The notes under the pieces were generated by a model. It was not told the origin of the DNA, ran no database searches, and was given only the letters and a program-made list of their open reading frames with translations. A program made the position numbers and the translations under genes. Positions 43,601 to 53,025 of a stretch of 64,000 nucleotides of DNA are shown piece after piece. Origin of the DNA: Candidatus Oxydemutatoraceae bacterium (GTDB lineage: Bacteria > Pseudomonadota > Gammaproteobacteria > Poriferisulfidales > Oxydemutatoraceae). Numbering within the stretch: position 1 is the first letter of the stretch; each line of letters begins with the position of its first letter. The stretch covers positions 96,001 to 160,000 of the forward strand of contig OZ244717.1 of assembly GCA_965218975.1 (NCBI GenBank), given 5' to 3'.

Positions 43601-44426
43601 GTTAAGACGGGATTTTGAATATCTCACTGAACATGAAGAGCCGTCTATCAAGATGGCTCGAGTCCGATTGGCCCCGATGCTTTTTGCTCTCTATCGCATT
43701 GACCCAGATTTGACCAAACGCACATTTTTCCGGCGGATGGACCCTGAGGACAAGGAAACATTCGATCCGTATTTGTGGGAAGGTTATTTGTGGTATGCGC
43801 ATTGCTCAGCCGATCTTCTGGTAGCTTTCAAGCCTCTACTATTCAAGATACTTCGGCATCTTGATTGTATCCCTGAACACAGCCGTGATCGTGCAGTTAC
43901 TTTATTTACCTATCAGGCAGTCCCGCCAGATCGTGGGATCAGCACCGATGAAGCCAGGGGTGTTCTTTGGATACTGGGACCAGATAAATTGGTGAGTGTC
44001 GCAGCATCTCTCCGTAACATGTTGCAAGGTGCTGGTGAGAAGTCCTTGGCATTGTGGAGAGATACTGTCGAGCCTTGGTTTAATAAGGTGTGGCCCAGAC
44101 GTCCCAGTGACAAATCACCTGCCCTATCCGAAAATCTTGCTTGGATGGCCATAGACGCTGGGGAGGCATTTCCATCTATAGTCAATACGATCCAAGACAT
44201 ACTGACACCTGAGAATGAGGGTGCTGCTCTTCATTTTCTTTCTACGGAGGAGCAAGATACTGGTCTTGTAAGCCGGTATCCCCAAGACTCTTTAAGTCTC
44301 ATAGATCAGCTCGTTTACGATGGTAGAGATCATGAAATTCTGGGTGGATTGCTGAACACAATATCCGCAGCAGATCCTACACTGAAGGAAACAGATTCCT
44401 TTAATCGACTCTCAAAAATGTTATAA
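40680..44426 (+). CDS. SIR2-domain anti-phage protein, Dsr1-like
   Basis: 1248 aa; VVFFCGVGVS, TTNFD, YLHG, FIGYSLEDP sirtuin motifs; long helical C-terminus with ISPH.QN. Confidence 0.8.
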   Translation: MDFIPEELLRGHEDREVVFFCGVGVSVPAGLPSFKKLVEDTLADLLPLKEQCEPGSTEALAWQAFEDKKYDEALGILESPQHGGYEAKDVREKVRRHLSEPRTKTLDKHLILTRLADLDTEHGRLVTTNFDELFERSQIKLRKLEQSSHRMDVHIAPTLPPAKPETFKGLVYLHGKLGSSPNNRQLVLTTANFGMAYMLEGWALRFVTELFRHYHVVFIGYSLEDPTMRYLVSALAAAREERSQQFKEPYVFAPYSSEETAGLDKVKQQWKLRGITPILYDKTNKHQQLWQALEKWADNYRQGITGRRQLVSHLSQLPPVSDENDSTIRDMAWALKDTNVARHFADLTGKRRPIPEWIMPLQKKGLLSLPIGQTDDGQPIFVPLVSSRQLADLFDLNEVTFHLGRWIAKCLDSQVVLDWALTEGAILHSELHHQIRTQLDENTTQLPPALHKIWRILADGSYAHMLSERYTNRSYRNFTHPSLGPDATFALQIFLNRLRPIPIFKARPDFLWRKQIPDPSRPRNWCEIEIELIGVNGDYEIQKFRNNAEDWSSALAVIAEELTTRLREAMGWFCEFGLAGPNEDITHIEYKSISPHEQNKHAHHAHTWTQLIALARDSYDALVAQEDHAAATHLVQRWRSLPYPVFRRLALYAATKNPRLDVEFGLDILLDRQQPALWDINIMREPLRFLRKRGHQFREEQLTQLTEAILEGPPRQMYQEDLTADEWNTVRDYQILLRLYKLKEAGVLLPVSVQKTYDRIQSSLSWQPKGDHSEEFSFFISSDTAALGPINESKLENFGEMSDEQFIQWSEKQQDEDILLWKRSGSWSQFVKNDTQAAVRLLKAASDNNVWPARPWYYVLYACGQEGQENVTDALKQVIAKLLVDMPIQTLGKLYLQAARWFEGVWRQLDEALRRKLWRRIWDASIEGEEPQHDLDFNMAHHHAGGILGNILYNELTKRIPSIASGQSPGFPKQLRRDFEYLTEHEEPSIKMARVRLAPMLFALYRIDPDLTKRTFFRRMDPEDKETFDPYLWEGYLWYAHCSADLLVAFKPLLFKILRHLDCIPEHSRDRAVTLFTYQAVPPDRGISTDEARGVLWILGPDKLVSVAASLRNMLQGAGEKSLALWRDTVEPWFNKVWPRRPSDKSPALSENLAWMAIDAGEAFPSIVNTIQDILTPENEGAALHFLSTEEQDTGLVSRYPQDSLSLIDQLVYDGRDHEILGGLLNTISAADPTLKETDSFNRLSKML

Positions 44427-44447
44427 AAACCATGCTGCGGCAGGTGG

Positions 44448-44783
44448 TCTTGACTTCGTAGGTTTTGGCTTTGATTTTGGTTTGGTCGCGGCAAATCTTC
44501 CTGTACGATTCTCCAGACGACCGCAAAATCAATCTCAAAATAGCCATGTACGATGCGATTGCGCAAACTGATGATGTGAGGCCAAGAAATTTCCCGATGT
44601 GCTTTCCTAATATCTTCACTGACACGGGAAGCGCCTTCTCCCACAATTTCCAGCACTTTAAGAATCACATTCCGGTGTAAATCGCTCTGTACAAACTGCG
44701 AGTAAGTAAGTCCTTTTGCAAATGCTATTGCCTGACGCGCAAGCTACCGGCATATCAAGCAGGTAGGCGTCGTCACGCCGCAT
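44448..44783 (-). pseudogene. HepT-like (DUF86) HEPN ribonuclease, frameshifted near 44742 and with a foreign C-terminus
   Basis: RNRIVHGY motif; +1 nt relative to the copy at 53831-54165. Confidence 0.8.
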
Positions 44784-45081
44784 AGATGACTTCAACGGAA
44801 TCTAGAATCGCCTTCCGGCGAATGTAGTTATGGCTTTGCTCCACGGATGTACGTGTCAGAACATCCACTCGTCTACCGAACAAGTCTGATAACTCAGAGG
44901 CTATACCGACAAACTTCAACCCCGGCGTATGACCTGGCGCAAACTCTACCAGTATGTCAATGTCGCTCTCCGGTCCGAAATCTTTTCTTAATGCTGAACC
45001 AAAGATCGCAAGCTGGGCTATGCCGTTTGCACGACAGAACTCAGCAACGCGGTCCTTTGGAATGTACAAGTCCGGATTCAT
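44773..45081 (-). CDS. MntA-like minimal nucleotidyltransferase antitoxin
   Basis: FGSALRKDFGPESDIDILVEF (GSx10DxD); overlaps the HEPN start. Confidence 0.9.
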   Translation of the reverse strand: MNPDLYIPKDRVAEFCRANGIAQLAIFGSALRKDFGPESDIDILVEFAPGHTPGLKFVGIASELSDLFGRRVDVLTRTSVEQSHNYIRRKAILDSVEVIYAA

Positions 45082-45243
45082 GCTTTTGAAACCCCCAACT
45101 CTGGCATTCGGTCCCACGTTTGGTTGCACAATACCTCCCCCTGCCATGTTCAATCTTCATATCTTTCACTTTCATTCATCTGCCCTCCTTCATAGACGCC
45201 CCTGTAGTGCTGCTCTACAGCCTTCAACCTGCGTTTGATCAGA

Positions 45244-46182
45244 TTAATCTCCAGCTTCGGTGTTTTGACGCCTTGTCATTAGTGAACGGATCAATTGTTC
45301 CGAACAGCCGGCAATCCAGCGGCTTTGATTGGCGGTAGCCGAATTTACTTTCCTGATAAACCAATCTTGATCTCGACCAAGTATAGCCAAGGTTTCTCTA
45401 TCTGGATCTGGTGATTCTAAAGCCAAAACAACCACATCGTGAGCGATAGGGAGGCAACTCTGCTCATCTCGATTCATCTTGAAAATGGTAATGCCATGAC
45501 TTCCAATCACGAAGCTTCTTTTGGGCACTTCAATAACACCAATCCATAAACAGTTTTCCCCGCAAAATTTTTTCTCTTCTCGGAGAAGACGAATGTCATC
45601 GCTTGCGGCGAATTGCGCATTGACATTTCGCTGCCTTTTTTGCGTCTGTATTACTCTATTTAGATCTTGATAAACCGAATCCTTGTCAGGTAACGGCTGG
45701 TTCAGTTTTTTGGCCCACTCTTTTGCTATTTCATAGTAACCATCCTTAAAACTTTTGCTTGACATTAGCCGCTGCTGAGACTCAGGGGTTCTTCCGGCCA
45801 TCGAATATATAAACCTTTTGAAAACGTCGGAATCATTTTGAGAAAGTTCCGGGCATTGTTTACTTCGGGCTTTTTTAATTATCTCCTTTACAACAGGGCC
45901 TACTGCCCCTTCGAGCTTTTGAATAGCTTTATCAAATTTATAATTTTTCCCGGGCAAGTCACCTGTATTGGGATCCCTGACGCGCTCGGTGTATAGCTCC
46001 GTCCCCACGAAAACGTTTCTAGGCCTGGTTTTCCAAGTCTTTCCTTTTTCTCTGTCGCCTACCCAGAGATAACCTTCACAATCGCAAAAATTGTTAAGCA
46101 ACAATTGTGGAACGTAATGCTGCCGTTTCGGGTTATCGGTACCCACCCTATTTTGCCCTGCAGTTAAAATTCTTAAGCTCAC
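45244..46182 (-). CDS. DUF4238-domain protein
   Basis: N-terminal QHYVPQLLLNNF signature. Confidence 0.75.
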   Translation of the reverse strand: MSLRILTAGQNRVGTDNPKRQHYVPQLLLNNFCDCEGYLWVGDREKGKTWKTRPRNVFVGTELYTERVRDPNTGDLPGKNYKFDKAIQKLEGAVGPVVKEIIKKARSKQCPELSQNDSDVFKRFIYSMAGRTPESQQRLMSSKSFKDGYYEIAKEWAKKLNQPLPDKDSVYQDLNRVIQTQKRQRNVNAQFAASDDIRLLREEKKFCGENCLWIGVIEVPKRSFVIGSHGITIFKMNRDEQSCLPIAHDVVVLALESPDPDRETLAILGRDQDWFIRKVNSATANQSRWIAGCSEQLIRSLMTRRQNTEAGD

Positions 46183-46183
46183 A

Positions 46184-46195
46184 TGGCATCGTACA
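46184..46195 (+). mobile_element. isolated IS481 right-end 12-mer TGGCATCGTACA
   Basis: Identical to the terminal 12 nt of copies A, B and D; lies at a gene/pseudogene junction. Confidence 0.6.
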
Positions 46196-46492
46196 GTCCC
46201 TTTTTGATGACATCAAATTCAAATATGATTGAGAAATTAAAATCCGCCAAACCTAAGAGTTCCCCTTCAAGATCACCTATAACTTGCAAATACCAGTCGT
46301 TATTTCGGCGTTGGTTTTCAACACTGTCAATACTCGTATACCCAATGGCTCACGGGCCTGCTATCGCACAATATCCTTGGTCCGGCGGTTCTCTTTATCA
46401 GGCCATCGTTCTACTTGCAGCTTGGAATAACCTTGGCTGCAAAAGAAGGTAACAACCGCTTCAATTACGTCACTGTCATCGTGCTTATCCAT
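46196..46492 (-). pseudogene. decayed hypothetical gene truncated at the IS end
   Basis: Manual translation MDKHDD...VERWPDKENRRTKDI / AIAGP*AIGYTSIDSVENQRR with one frameshift and one stop. Confidence 0.45.
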
Positions 46493-46552
46493 GGTGCCTA
46501 TCAAATGTGCGGCAGTTCAGGTGAGGGCTTCACTAAATAGTTGCTCCAACTT

Positions 46553-49500
46553 TTACCGGACCTTTACTCCGGTATCAAATGGTTCCGGCAAGCTCCCGAC
46601 GATACTCACGGTTACAACGCTTACATGCACAATTCGACGAATCGCCGCAATCAGGTCTCTTGAGTCATAAAACCAGCCGTTAGGATCATTCACGATACCG
46701 CTATGTGTATCCTTGGCTATCCTGTAGCGGTCAATGAACCATCCAAGTGGAGTGCGGCCATTAACTTCATAGTGATGTGCTTCAGCGGGGACCCGTTCCA
46801 GACGGACATAGTCGTTAACTATAAGTGTTGATTTTTCGTCATCGGCAAACCGCATGGCTTTACGTCCGATCTGAAAATGTTCCGGTTGTGGTTCTCCGGG
46901 CTGTGTATACACGACTTCAAGCGGATGCTCCTCACACGTTTCATAACCCAGGTGAAGTTCGGCAAGTTTTTTTCCGGCTTCTGCAAAGGCATGAAAATCC
47001 GGGGCCATCGGGACACGCGGCAAATCCTTGGACAAATCATTGGCAAATTGTTCTCGATAGGCGGGTGCATGAAGGACACCGTAAACGTAATAGAAAATCG
47101 TGTCCTTGCTGATTGTGTTGTCATTGTAATGAATACGAAATTTCTTGAGCGTGACGTCAGTGATGTTATCAATGCGCTTCGGGTCATGCGTGTCCGCCAA
47201 TAGTTCGCCCTGCTTTTCTTCCTTTTTTTGCTCATACCGGTATCGAGGGAAACATTGGCCATTAAACATCAATTGAATATCCGGCATTGTATCTACCATA
47301 AGAACACAGAACGGCTTGGTTGAACCGATGCCCGGCACGCAGATCACCCGATTTTCGCTGTCGGAAGTTGGGAAGATGCGATCCATCTGGTACTTATTAC
47401 TCACAAATACATATTCGATGTAACAGTGCTGTTTGACGAAAGGTCGATATTGTGTCGTCCAGATCTTGTCTGTCGAATACGCCACAGCTTTCTGTCTGCG
47501 CAAGTTGTTTTTTAACTCCCGGTCCCACCTCATATTCGAAGAATGCTGGCTAGCAACCTTATCTACTGTGTACTCAGGATGTTCTTGGCGAACCTGCAAC
47601 GCACCCAGATAATCGTTCGCCATATTTTGTGCATTCTCTGCGCAGGCATTGCGGGAAAAGTTGTAGGTGTACGCGTCACGGCTGGTCTTATAGCCATTGC
47701 TATATAGCTTGAATACTGCATCACTTATCCTCCCTGCTTTCGCGTCTTTTGACCCCAAAGGATAAAACGCCTGAAATGCTTCATCACGCTGACCAATCCA
47801 GTCGTTATGCTGCCGATCCGGTTTGATTTTTTGCCAGTCCTTAATGCCAGAAATTGAGCCTGCTTCCCGCAGAATTTTCAGCTTTCCCTCGCGCTTCAGA
47901 TAATCCCCGATATCTCGGTACAGGATGCGACATCCCCCATCACTAGCATTCGGATTCGGATTGCGCGCCAGAATCACAATACCTACAGTTGCACTAGAGC
48001 CTTTGCCGAACACAGGCCCCCCTTCTGCACGTCCACGTTCACCTCCTTTCCATGTGTGACCACGCAAATTCAATACGTAAATTGAGTTGAACTCCTCTGC
48101 AAGACAGGCACGTACCCCTGAATCTACATTCCCATCAATCCACGAACCATTCGTTACAAACGCGACGACACCCCGCTCGCCAATCCGATCCGAAGCCCAA
48201 CGGATCGCCATTTTGTACGTGTCATAAAGGCTGTTTTTGTTAGTTGACTTGGACCGGTCAGCAAAAGTTTCGGTGACCCTCGTAGCAATCTCTGGATAAG
48301 CAATGTTTGGATTATCATCCGCTGAACTCCTCTGACCAGCTCGCCAAGGAGGGTTACTAACAATCACCTGAATCGGCAGCTTCTGCTGGCGCTCCGCGCG
48401 CGCGCTATTGTCCGGTAACCAGTCCTTCGGAAAGCTCGCACGCTCAGTATGAAGATTGAACGTGTCCGTCAGAACAATGCCGCCGAACGGCTCATAGTCA
48501 CTCTCGGTACCACGTCTGCCATGAAATGCTTCCTCGATATGAACGGCTGCAATGTAGTAGGCCAGCAAAATGATCTCGTTGGCATGAAGCTCTGTACGGT
48601 ACTTCCTGACCAGATCGCCATCTCGGATCAGTTGTGACTGCAATAGACGCACCAGAAAGATGCCGGTGCCGGTGAACGGATCCAGGACATGCACGCCTTC
48701 ATCGCTTAACGAACGTCCGAACTCGTTACGTAACACCTCATCCGCACTAGCCAAAATGAAATCAACAATCTCCACCGGTGTGTAGACGATGCCCAGCCGG
48801 TCCGCATCCTTTTTCATCGCTGTAGCGAAGAACTTCTCATACAGCTCCATCAGCACCCGCTGGCGTGCCGCACTATTGTCCAGGCCTTGCGCGCGCATCC
48901 GTACACTTTCATAGAAGCTTTCCATGTCACGTATTTCATTCTCCAGCCCGAATTCCCCAAAATCCTTCCTCAGGGAATCAAGTGCCCGGGCCACCGGATT
49001 GCCTTCTGCAAAATTGTATTGCTCGAACAGGGCCTCGAAGACAGGGCGCGTCAGGATGTGCTGGGCCATCATGTGAATGGCGCTGTCACGGGTAATGGAA
49101 TCATTGATCGAGACTTTCAGTTCCTTATGGAACGCCCCGAACCACTCGCATAAAGTGTCATTTTCAGGATCATTAAGCAGCCCTTCAATCCGTGCAATCA
49201 GGCGTGAGAAGATATGAGCCACGTCCTTGGCCCAGGTTTCCCAGTACTTACGATCTCCACACTTCTCGACAATCTTTGCAAAGATTGCACCGGGCGGCAG
49301 ATCAAGAAGCGGAAAAGCCAGCTGTGCAGAAGAAACATCTCCTTCCTCAGACCATTTACCACCACTGAAGATAATCCGGCTTGTCGGGGTGTTGTTGAGG
49401 TCAATCTGGTTGATCTCGGCATCCAGTCGGTCATCGTGGGAGCGCAAGGCCTGCAACACATCCCAGACAACGGCATAGGTTTCGTTGTCATTCAGTGCTT

Positions 49501-51307
49501 CTGCAGGATCGATATCTACCGGCACGGCAATCGGGAGAATGATGTACCCATATTCTTTTCCAGGGGCCTTGCGCATCGCGCGCCCCACTGCCTGCACGAT
49601 ATCCACATGCGATTTGCGTGCACTCATGAACAACACTGCATCCAGCGCCGGCACATCAATCCCTTCAGACAGACACCGCGCATTCGTGAGAATACGGCAG
49701 GTTCCGTTTGTATCTTTCTTCAACCATTCAATCCGGGCCTTCCTGTCGAGCGCATGGTGCTGTCCATCAACATGCTTCACTTCACATCGGAATGCCTTGG
49801 AAGAGTCCTCCTTAGGGAGCAAGGCAATTGCCTGTTCGATCACGCTATCCCAATGCGCTTCCAGCCGTTGGGATGATCGGATCGTGTTCACAAATGCAAT
49901 CGCACGACGCAAACGGTGGGCTCCACCAGCATTAAGAGGTTTGTCTTCCGGGTTCTGCAAAGCCTGCCAGCAACCCACAATCTTTGCCGCATCAGAAAGG
50001 TTGATCTCGCTGTCTTGCGCGGCCAAATGCTCCTGTAGGGCAGCATCTACCTGCTGTTCGGATATGGCAAGTACCACCACCTTGTAATCGGACAACAGGT
50101 TCTGCTCCACTGCTCTTGAGAAAGGCAGGCGATGAAACTCGGACCCGTAGGTCTCCGGATCGTCCATGGAAAAAACTTCCATGTCATGACTGGCGGCCCT
50201 GGACTTGGCGCTTGCCGTATACAGTCGTGGGGTAGCAGTCATGTACAGACGCTTGGCCGCACGAATCCGCTGTGCATCATGGACCAGTACGAATGGTGAG
50301 GTCTTGTCACCGGGCCGGTCCACACCGGTCGTGCGATGTGCCTCGTCACACAGAATGAGGTCAAAGGCCGGTGCCCCTTCATCTTGGGCACTTTCGACCA
50401 AAGGAAGCGAATGGTAGGTGCAGAACACAACAGTCATTGCATCTGCAGATGCATTCTGCAAAGCCCTGGATATTGCGGTGGGGTCGGTCGTGACCGGAAT
50501 CTCCAGTTCCCGAAGCGAGGCATCCTCATTGATTCGACCGGCCCGTGTATCGGAACAGATTCCAATGTATCGGTGTGGTATGGCCCGTTGTTCAGCCCAC
50601 TCGCGCATCGCCTGCTGGAACAGGGAAATTGAGGGTACCAGGAAAAGTGCCCGGCCACCGATGCCTGCAGCGGATTCGGCAATGCGTAATGCAGTGAAGG
50701 TCTTGCCGGTCCCGCAAGCCATAATCAGCTTGCCGTGGTCCTGCCCGGAAAACCCGTTCAGCACGTCGTCAAATGCAGCCTGTTGATGGGGTCTAAGACT
50801 GAATGGCTCAGCACGGTATGAAAGTGACTCCGGGTCTTGATGTACCAGGTCCGGCCAGTCGAACGGACGGCTCGCCAGATCACCGAAACGAAGTACATTG
50901 CAGGCAGGTTGTAATCGATCAAGGGCCTTCCTTGCATTCGGCCCCCATTCATCCCCTGTGTCCACAACCATGCGCGCCGTGAACGGTTCGCGAGCCGAAG
51001 CTGAAATGAATGAATCAAGATGTGTTTTCGATATCCGCGTACCCGGTGCATAGCACTTGCACTGAATAGCGCAATAACCGCCTTGACGCTCTTGCGTGAC
51101 CAGATCTATACCCGTGTCACTTCCATCGTAGTCCGGGCGTATCTGCGCCCATTCGGACCACAGCCAGACATCACTGAACCGGTCCCGATAGACCGGGTCC
51201 TGCTTAAAGTAGGCCTTCATCAGTCTTTCAAACAGGCGACCTTTTCCCAATTCTGAATCGGCTATGGATCGGATATGATTCAGTGCTTGCCGGAAACTTT
51301 CAGCCAT
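46553..51307 (-). CDS. type ISP restriction-modification enzyme (LlaBIII/LlaGI-like)
   Basis: Mrr-type nuclease (GIDLV...IQCK), SF2 helicase (MACGTGKT, DEAH), N6-methyltransferase (LDPFTGTG, NPPW), C-terminal TRD; 1584 aa. Confidence 0.93.
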   Translation of the reverse strand: MAESFRQALNHIRSIADSELGKGRLFERLMKAYFKQDPVYRDRFSDVWLWSEWAQIRPDYDGSDTGIDLVTQERQGGYCAIQCKCYAPGTRISKTHLDSFISASAREPFTARMVVDTGDEWGPNARKALDRLQPACNVLRFGDLASRPFDWPDLVHQDPESLSYRAEPFSLRPHQQAAFDDVLNGFSGQDHGKLIMACGTGKTFTALRIAESAAGIGGRALFLVPSISLFQQAMREWAEQRAIPHRYIGICSDTRAGRINEDASLRELEIPVTTDPTAISRALQNASADAMTVVFCTYHSLPLVESAQDEGAPAFDLILCDEAHRTTGVDRPGDKTSPFVLVHDAQRIRAAKRLYMTATPRLYTASAKSRAASHDMEVFSMDDPETYGSEFHRLPFSRAVEQNLLSDYKVVVLAISEQQVDAALQEHLAAQDSEINLSDAAKIVGCWQALQNPEDKPLNAGGAHRLRRAIAFVNTIRSSQRLEAHWDSVIEQAIALLPKEDSSKAFRCEVKHVDGQHHALDRKARIEWLKKDTNGTCRILTNARCLSEGIDVPALDAVLFMSARKSHVDIVQAVGRAMRKAPGKEYGYIILPIAVPVDIDPAEALNDNETYAVVWDVLQALRSHDDRLDAEINQIDLNNTPTSRIIFSGGKWSEEGDVSSAQLAFPLLDLPPGAIFAKIVEKCGDRKYWETWAKDVAHIFSRLIARIEGLLNDPENDTLCEWFGAFHKELKVSINDSITRDSAIHMMAQHILTRPVFEALFEQYNFAEGNPVARALDSLRKDFGEFGLENEIRDMESFYESVRMRAQGLDNSAARQRVLMELYEKFFATAMKKDADRLGIVYTPVEIVDFILASADEVLRNEFGRSLSDEGVHVLDPFTGTGIFLVRLLQSQLIRDGDLVRKYRTELHANEIILLAYYIAAVHIEEAFHGRRGTESDYEPFGGIVLTDTFNLHTERASFPKDWLPDNSARAERQQKLPIQVIVSNPPWRAGQRSSADDNPNIAYPEIATRVTETFADRSKSTNKNSLYDTYKMAIRWASDRIGERGVVAFVTNGSWIDGNVDSGVRACLAEEFNSIYVLNLRGHTWKGGERGRAEGGPVFGKGSSATVGIVILARNPNPNASDGGCRILYRDIGDYLKREGKLKILREAGSISGIKDWQKIKPDRQHNDWIGQRDEAFQAFYPLGSKDAKAGRISDAVFKLYSNGYKTSRDAYTYNFSRNACAENAQNMANDYLGALQVRQEHPEYTVDKVASQHSSNMRWDRELKNNLRRQKAVAYSTDKIWTTQYRPFVKQHCYIEYVFVSNKYQMDRIFPTSDSENRVICVPGIGSTKPFCVLMVDTMPDIQLMFNGQCFPRYRYEQKKEEKQGELLADTHDPKRIDNITDVTLKKFRIHYNDNTISKDTIFYYVYGVLHAPAYREQFANDLSKDLPRVPMAPDFHAFAEAGKKLAELHLGYETCEEHPLEVVYTQPGEPQPEHFQIGRKAMRFADDEKSTLIVNDYVRLERVPAEAHHYEVNGRTPLGWFIDRYRIAKDTHSGIVNDPNGWFYDSRDLIAAIRRIVHVSVVTVSIVGSLPEPFDTGVKVR

Positions 51308-51550
51308 GGGTAAAAATCAGAGGACAGTTACGTGTTTGACGAAGCAATAAAAGGGGCATACATCTCTTCCGAGCGAAAAGCGTTATTGTATTGGTTTCCG
51401 TAACCTTTGTTTACCTAAATTTCATTTTGCGAGTGATGGCATGAAACACGTCATTATAAATGGCGTGGGAACTTCATCACCCGGGTATTTGGCAGTACGT
51501 CTGATTGATGCCTGCGAGTTAAACAATCAAAGAACAGACAAAAAACCACG

Positions 51551-51669
51551 CCGGTTTCTGTAACGGTTTTCCATTGACGCTGATTCCCGATTCTGTTTGG
51601 GTCGCACCAGTGATCTGTGGCGACTGCATGACCTGGTCGCAACAAGTCCTTTGCCGGTATTCCAGTGAA
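51551..51669. repeat. diverged repeat of about 120 bp; partner at about 56385-56500 (decayed gene fragment)
   Basis: Shared ATTCCCGATTCTGTT...GATCTGTGGCGACTGCA...GTCGCAACAAGTCCTTTGCCGGTAT. Confidence 0.8.
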
Positions 51670-51690
51670 TGTATAGTGCCGGACACATAC
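51670..51690 (+). mobile_element. isolated IS481 left-end fragment
   Basis: TGTATAGTGCCGGACACATAC matches the left ends at 22383/22432 and truncates the repeat at 51551-51669. Confidence 0.7.
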
Positions 51691-51922
51691 AATTCGTCTA
51701 ATGGGATGACTCGCCTCTTGCGGGTCCAGATAAAGCAGCCTACAGTCGTCCCTGGTCATGGCACGCAGGCCATATATGCAGCTTTGTTGATTTTTCTGTG
51801 TCAGCCTAAAATTTTTCGGACAACCTGCTTAAAAAATCAATTGCGTCATTGAAGCTTGCCGGATCCTGTGATTTGGCATAGGACATCCTCGAAACAAATT
51901 GTTCATACTCCACTTTATACAT

Positions 51923-52357
51923 TCATCGCGGCGCCAAAAGTTCGTCCACGTGCTTTGCTACTTCTCGCGCAACTCGTAACAATGCGGCGACGAGTTGTTC
52001 GTCTATTTCCATTGCGCCTTCGTACTCAGCAAGGTTGCGCTTGCGGTGGGCATGGTCCAGTACACGCCACTGCTCCCGAGGCAGATTGATGGTGTGTTGC
52101 AGGCATTGAAAGACCAGATAACGCGAATCGGAGCGGTAGCCTTGCGTTCGCAAAGCTGCGAGCGCGAGCGCATGGGCCGCGTTGTAGCCAAGGTCAAAAC
52201 GGCTCTCCAGGCTCAAGTCCTTTCTTCCGGCATCGTCAAGGCGGCGTAAGCCGGAACGAAACAGACCCTCGATTTCCTCCTCCACGGCCAGCTCCGCCTT
52301 GAGTTGACCGATGCGCGCCAGATTATCGAGTTGCTGATTTGTCGTTTTCTTTTCCAA
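51923..52357 (-). CDS. HEPN-like toxin partner
   Basis: RFDLGYNAAH...HRKRNLAEYEG; translationally coupled to a nucleotidyltransferase. Confidence 0.7.
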   Translation of the reverse strand: MEKKTTNQQLDNLARIGQLKAELAVEEEIEGLFRSGLRRLDDAGRKDLSLESRFDLGYNAAHALALAALRTQGYRSDSRYLVFQCLQHTINLPREQWRVLDHAHRKRNLAEYEGAMEIDEQLVAALLRVAREVAKHVDELLAPR

Positions 52358-52988
52358 TGAGCACCAGACGTTCGCCGGCGAACACCCGGGTCAGGAAGGT
52401 GTTTCCGGCCGATCGTCGAGCGTTGAACTCCTGCACCGTATAGAGAATGGGGCTGATCTTGCGGTCAAGGCTCGATTCCACAGGAGCAAGCGCGGTGTAG
52501 AGATCTTCCAGCATCATGCCGTCAGCGGTGACGAGCAGATCTATATCGCTGTCTGCCGTATCTGTGCCATGCACGACGGAACCGTAGATCATAGCCAGCG
52601 TAATGCGGTCGGCAAAAGGCTCCAGCGCCTGCCGGATCGGCTCAACCATGGCAACTGTTTTGCGCACGATGCCAACTAGTTCGTGATACACGGGACCGGC
52701 GGGATTGGCCTTGTAATGCTTCTGCGTTCCGATTGAGGTAACGTTCACCAGCCTGCTGGAGGCCAAGCGCTGTAGCTCGCGCTGCACAGCTCCGGAACCG
52801 GAGCCGGTCAGCTCGATCAACTCACTGGTAAAAAAGCTCCGGTCGGGCTGGCCGAATAGTAGGGCCAGAACCCGCTGCTGGGTGGTGGTGAAGAGCGCAT
52901 CGGCGAGACTGGTGGGTGTACCGACGTGCTCAGCCGCCGTCTTGCGGCGGGTCGGCCGCGACAGGCGTGTTGGTGTTGATATGCCCAT
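52323..52988 (-). CDS. HTH + nucleotidyltransferase antitoxin
   Basis: SLADALFTTTQQRVL HTH region; YGSVVHGTDTADSDIDLL; start set at MGIS. Confidence 0.85.
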   Translation of the reverse strand: MGISTPTRLSRPTRRKTAAEHVGTPTSLADALFTTTQQRVLALLFGQPDRSFFTSELIELTGSGSGAVQRELQRLASSRLVNVTSIGTQKHYKANPAGPVYHELVGIVRKTVAMVEPIRQALEPFADRITLAMIYGSVVHGTDTADSDIDLLVTADGMMLEDLYTALAPVESSLDRKISPILYTVQEFNARRSAGNTFLTRVFAGERLVLIGKENDKSATR

Positions 52989-52995
52989 AATGGGT

Positions 52996-53025
52996 ATTCT
53001 AATGCCTGATCCGGGCAATATGCAA
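52996..53025 (-). promoter_or_regulatory. putative promoter of the HTH-MNT/HEPN operon, with operator-like palindromes
   Basis: TTGCAT - 18 nt - TAGAAT; palindromes CCCATAATGGG (52984-52994) and TGCCTGATCCGGGCA (53003-53017). Confidence 0.55.

Larger units (their letters stand above)
44448..45084. repeat. direct duplication (about 637 bp) of the MNT-HEPN module; partner at 53831-54466
   Basis: Near-identical sequence read at both loci. Confidence 0.95.

Noticed and set aside
48154-51256. Many short overlapping ORFs here and within the repeats and housekeeping genes
   Set aside because: They are shadow frames of well-supported genes or translations of the repeat module.
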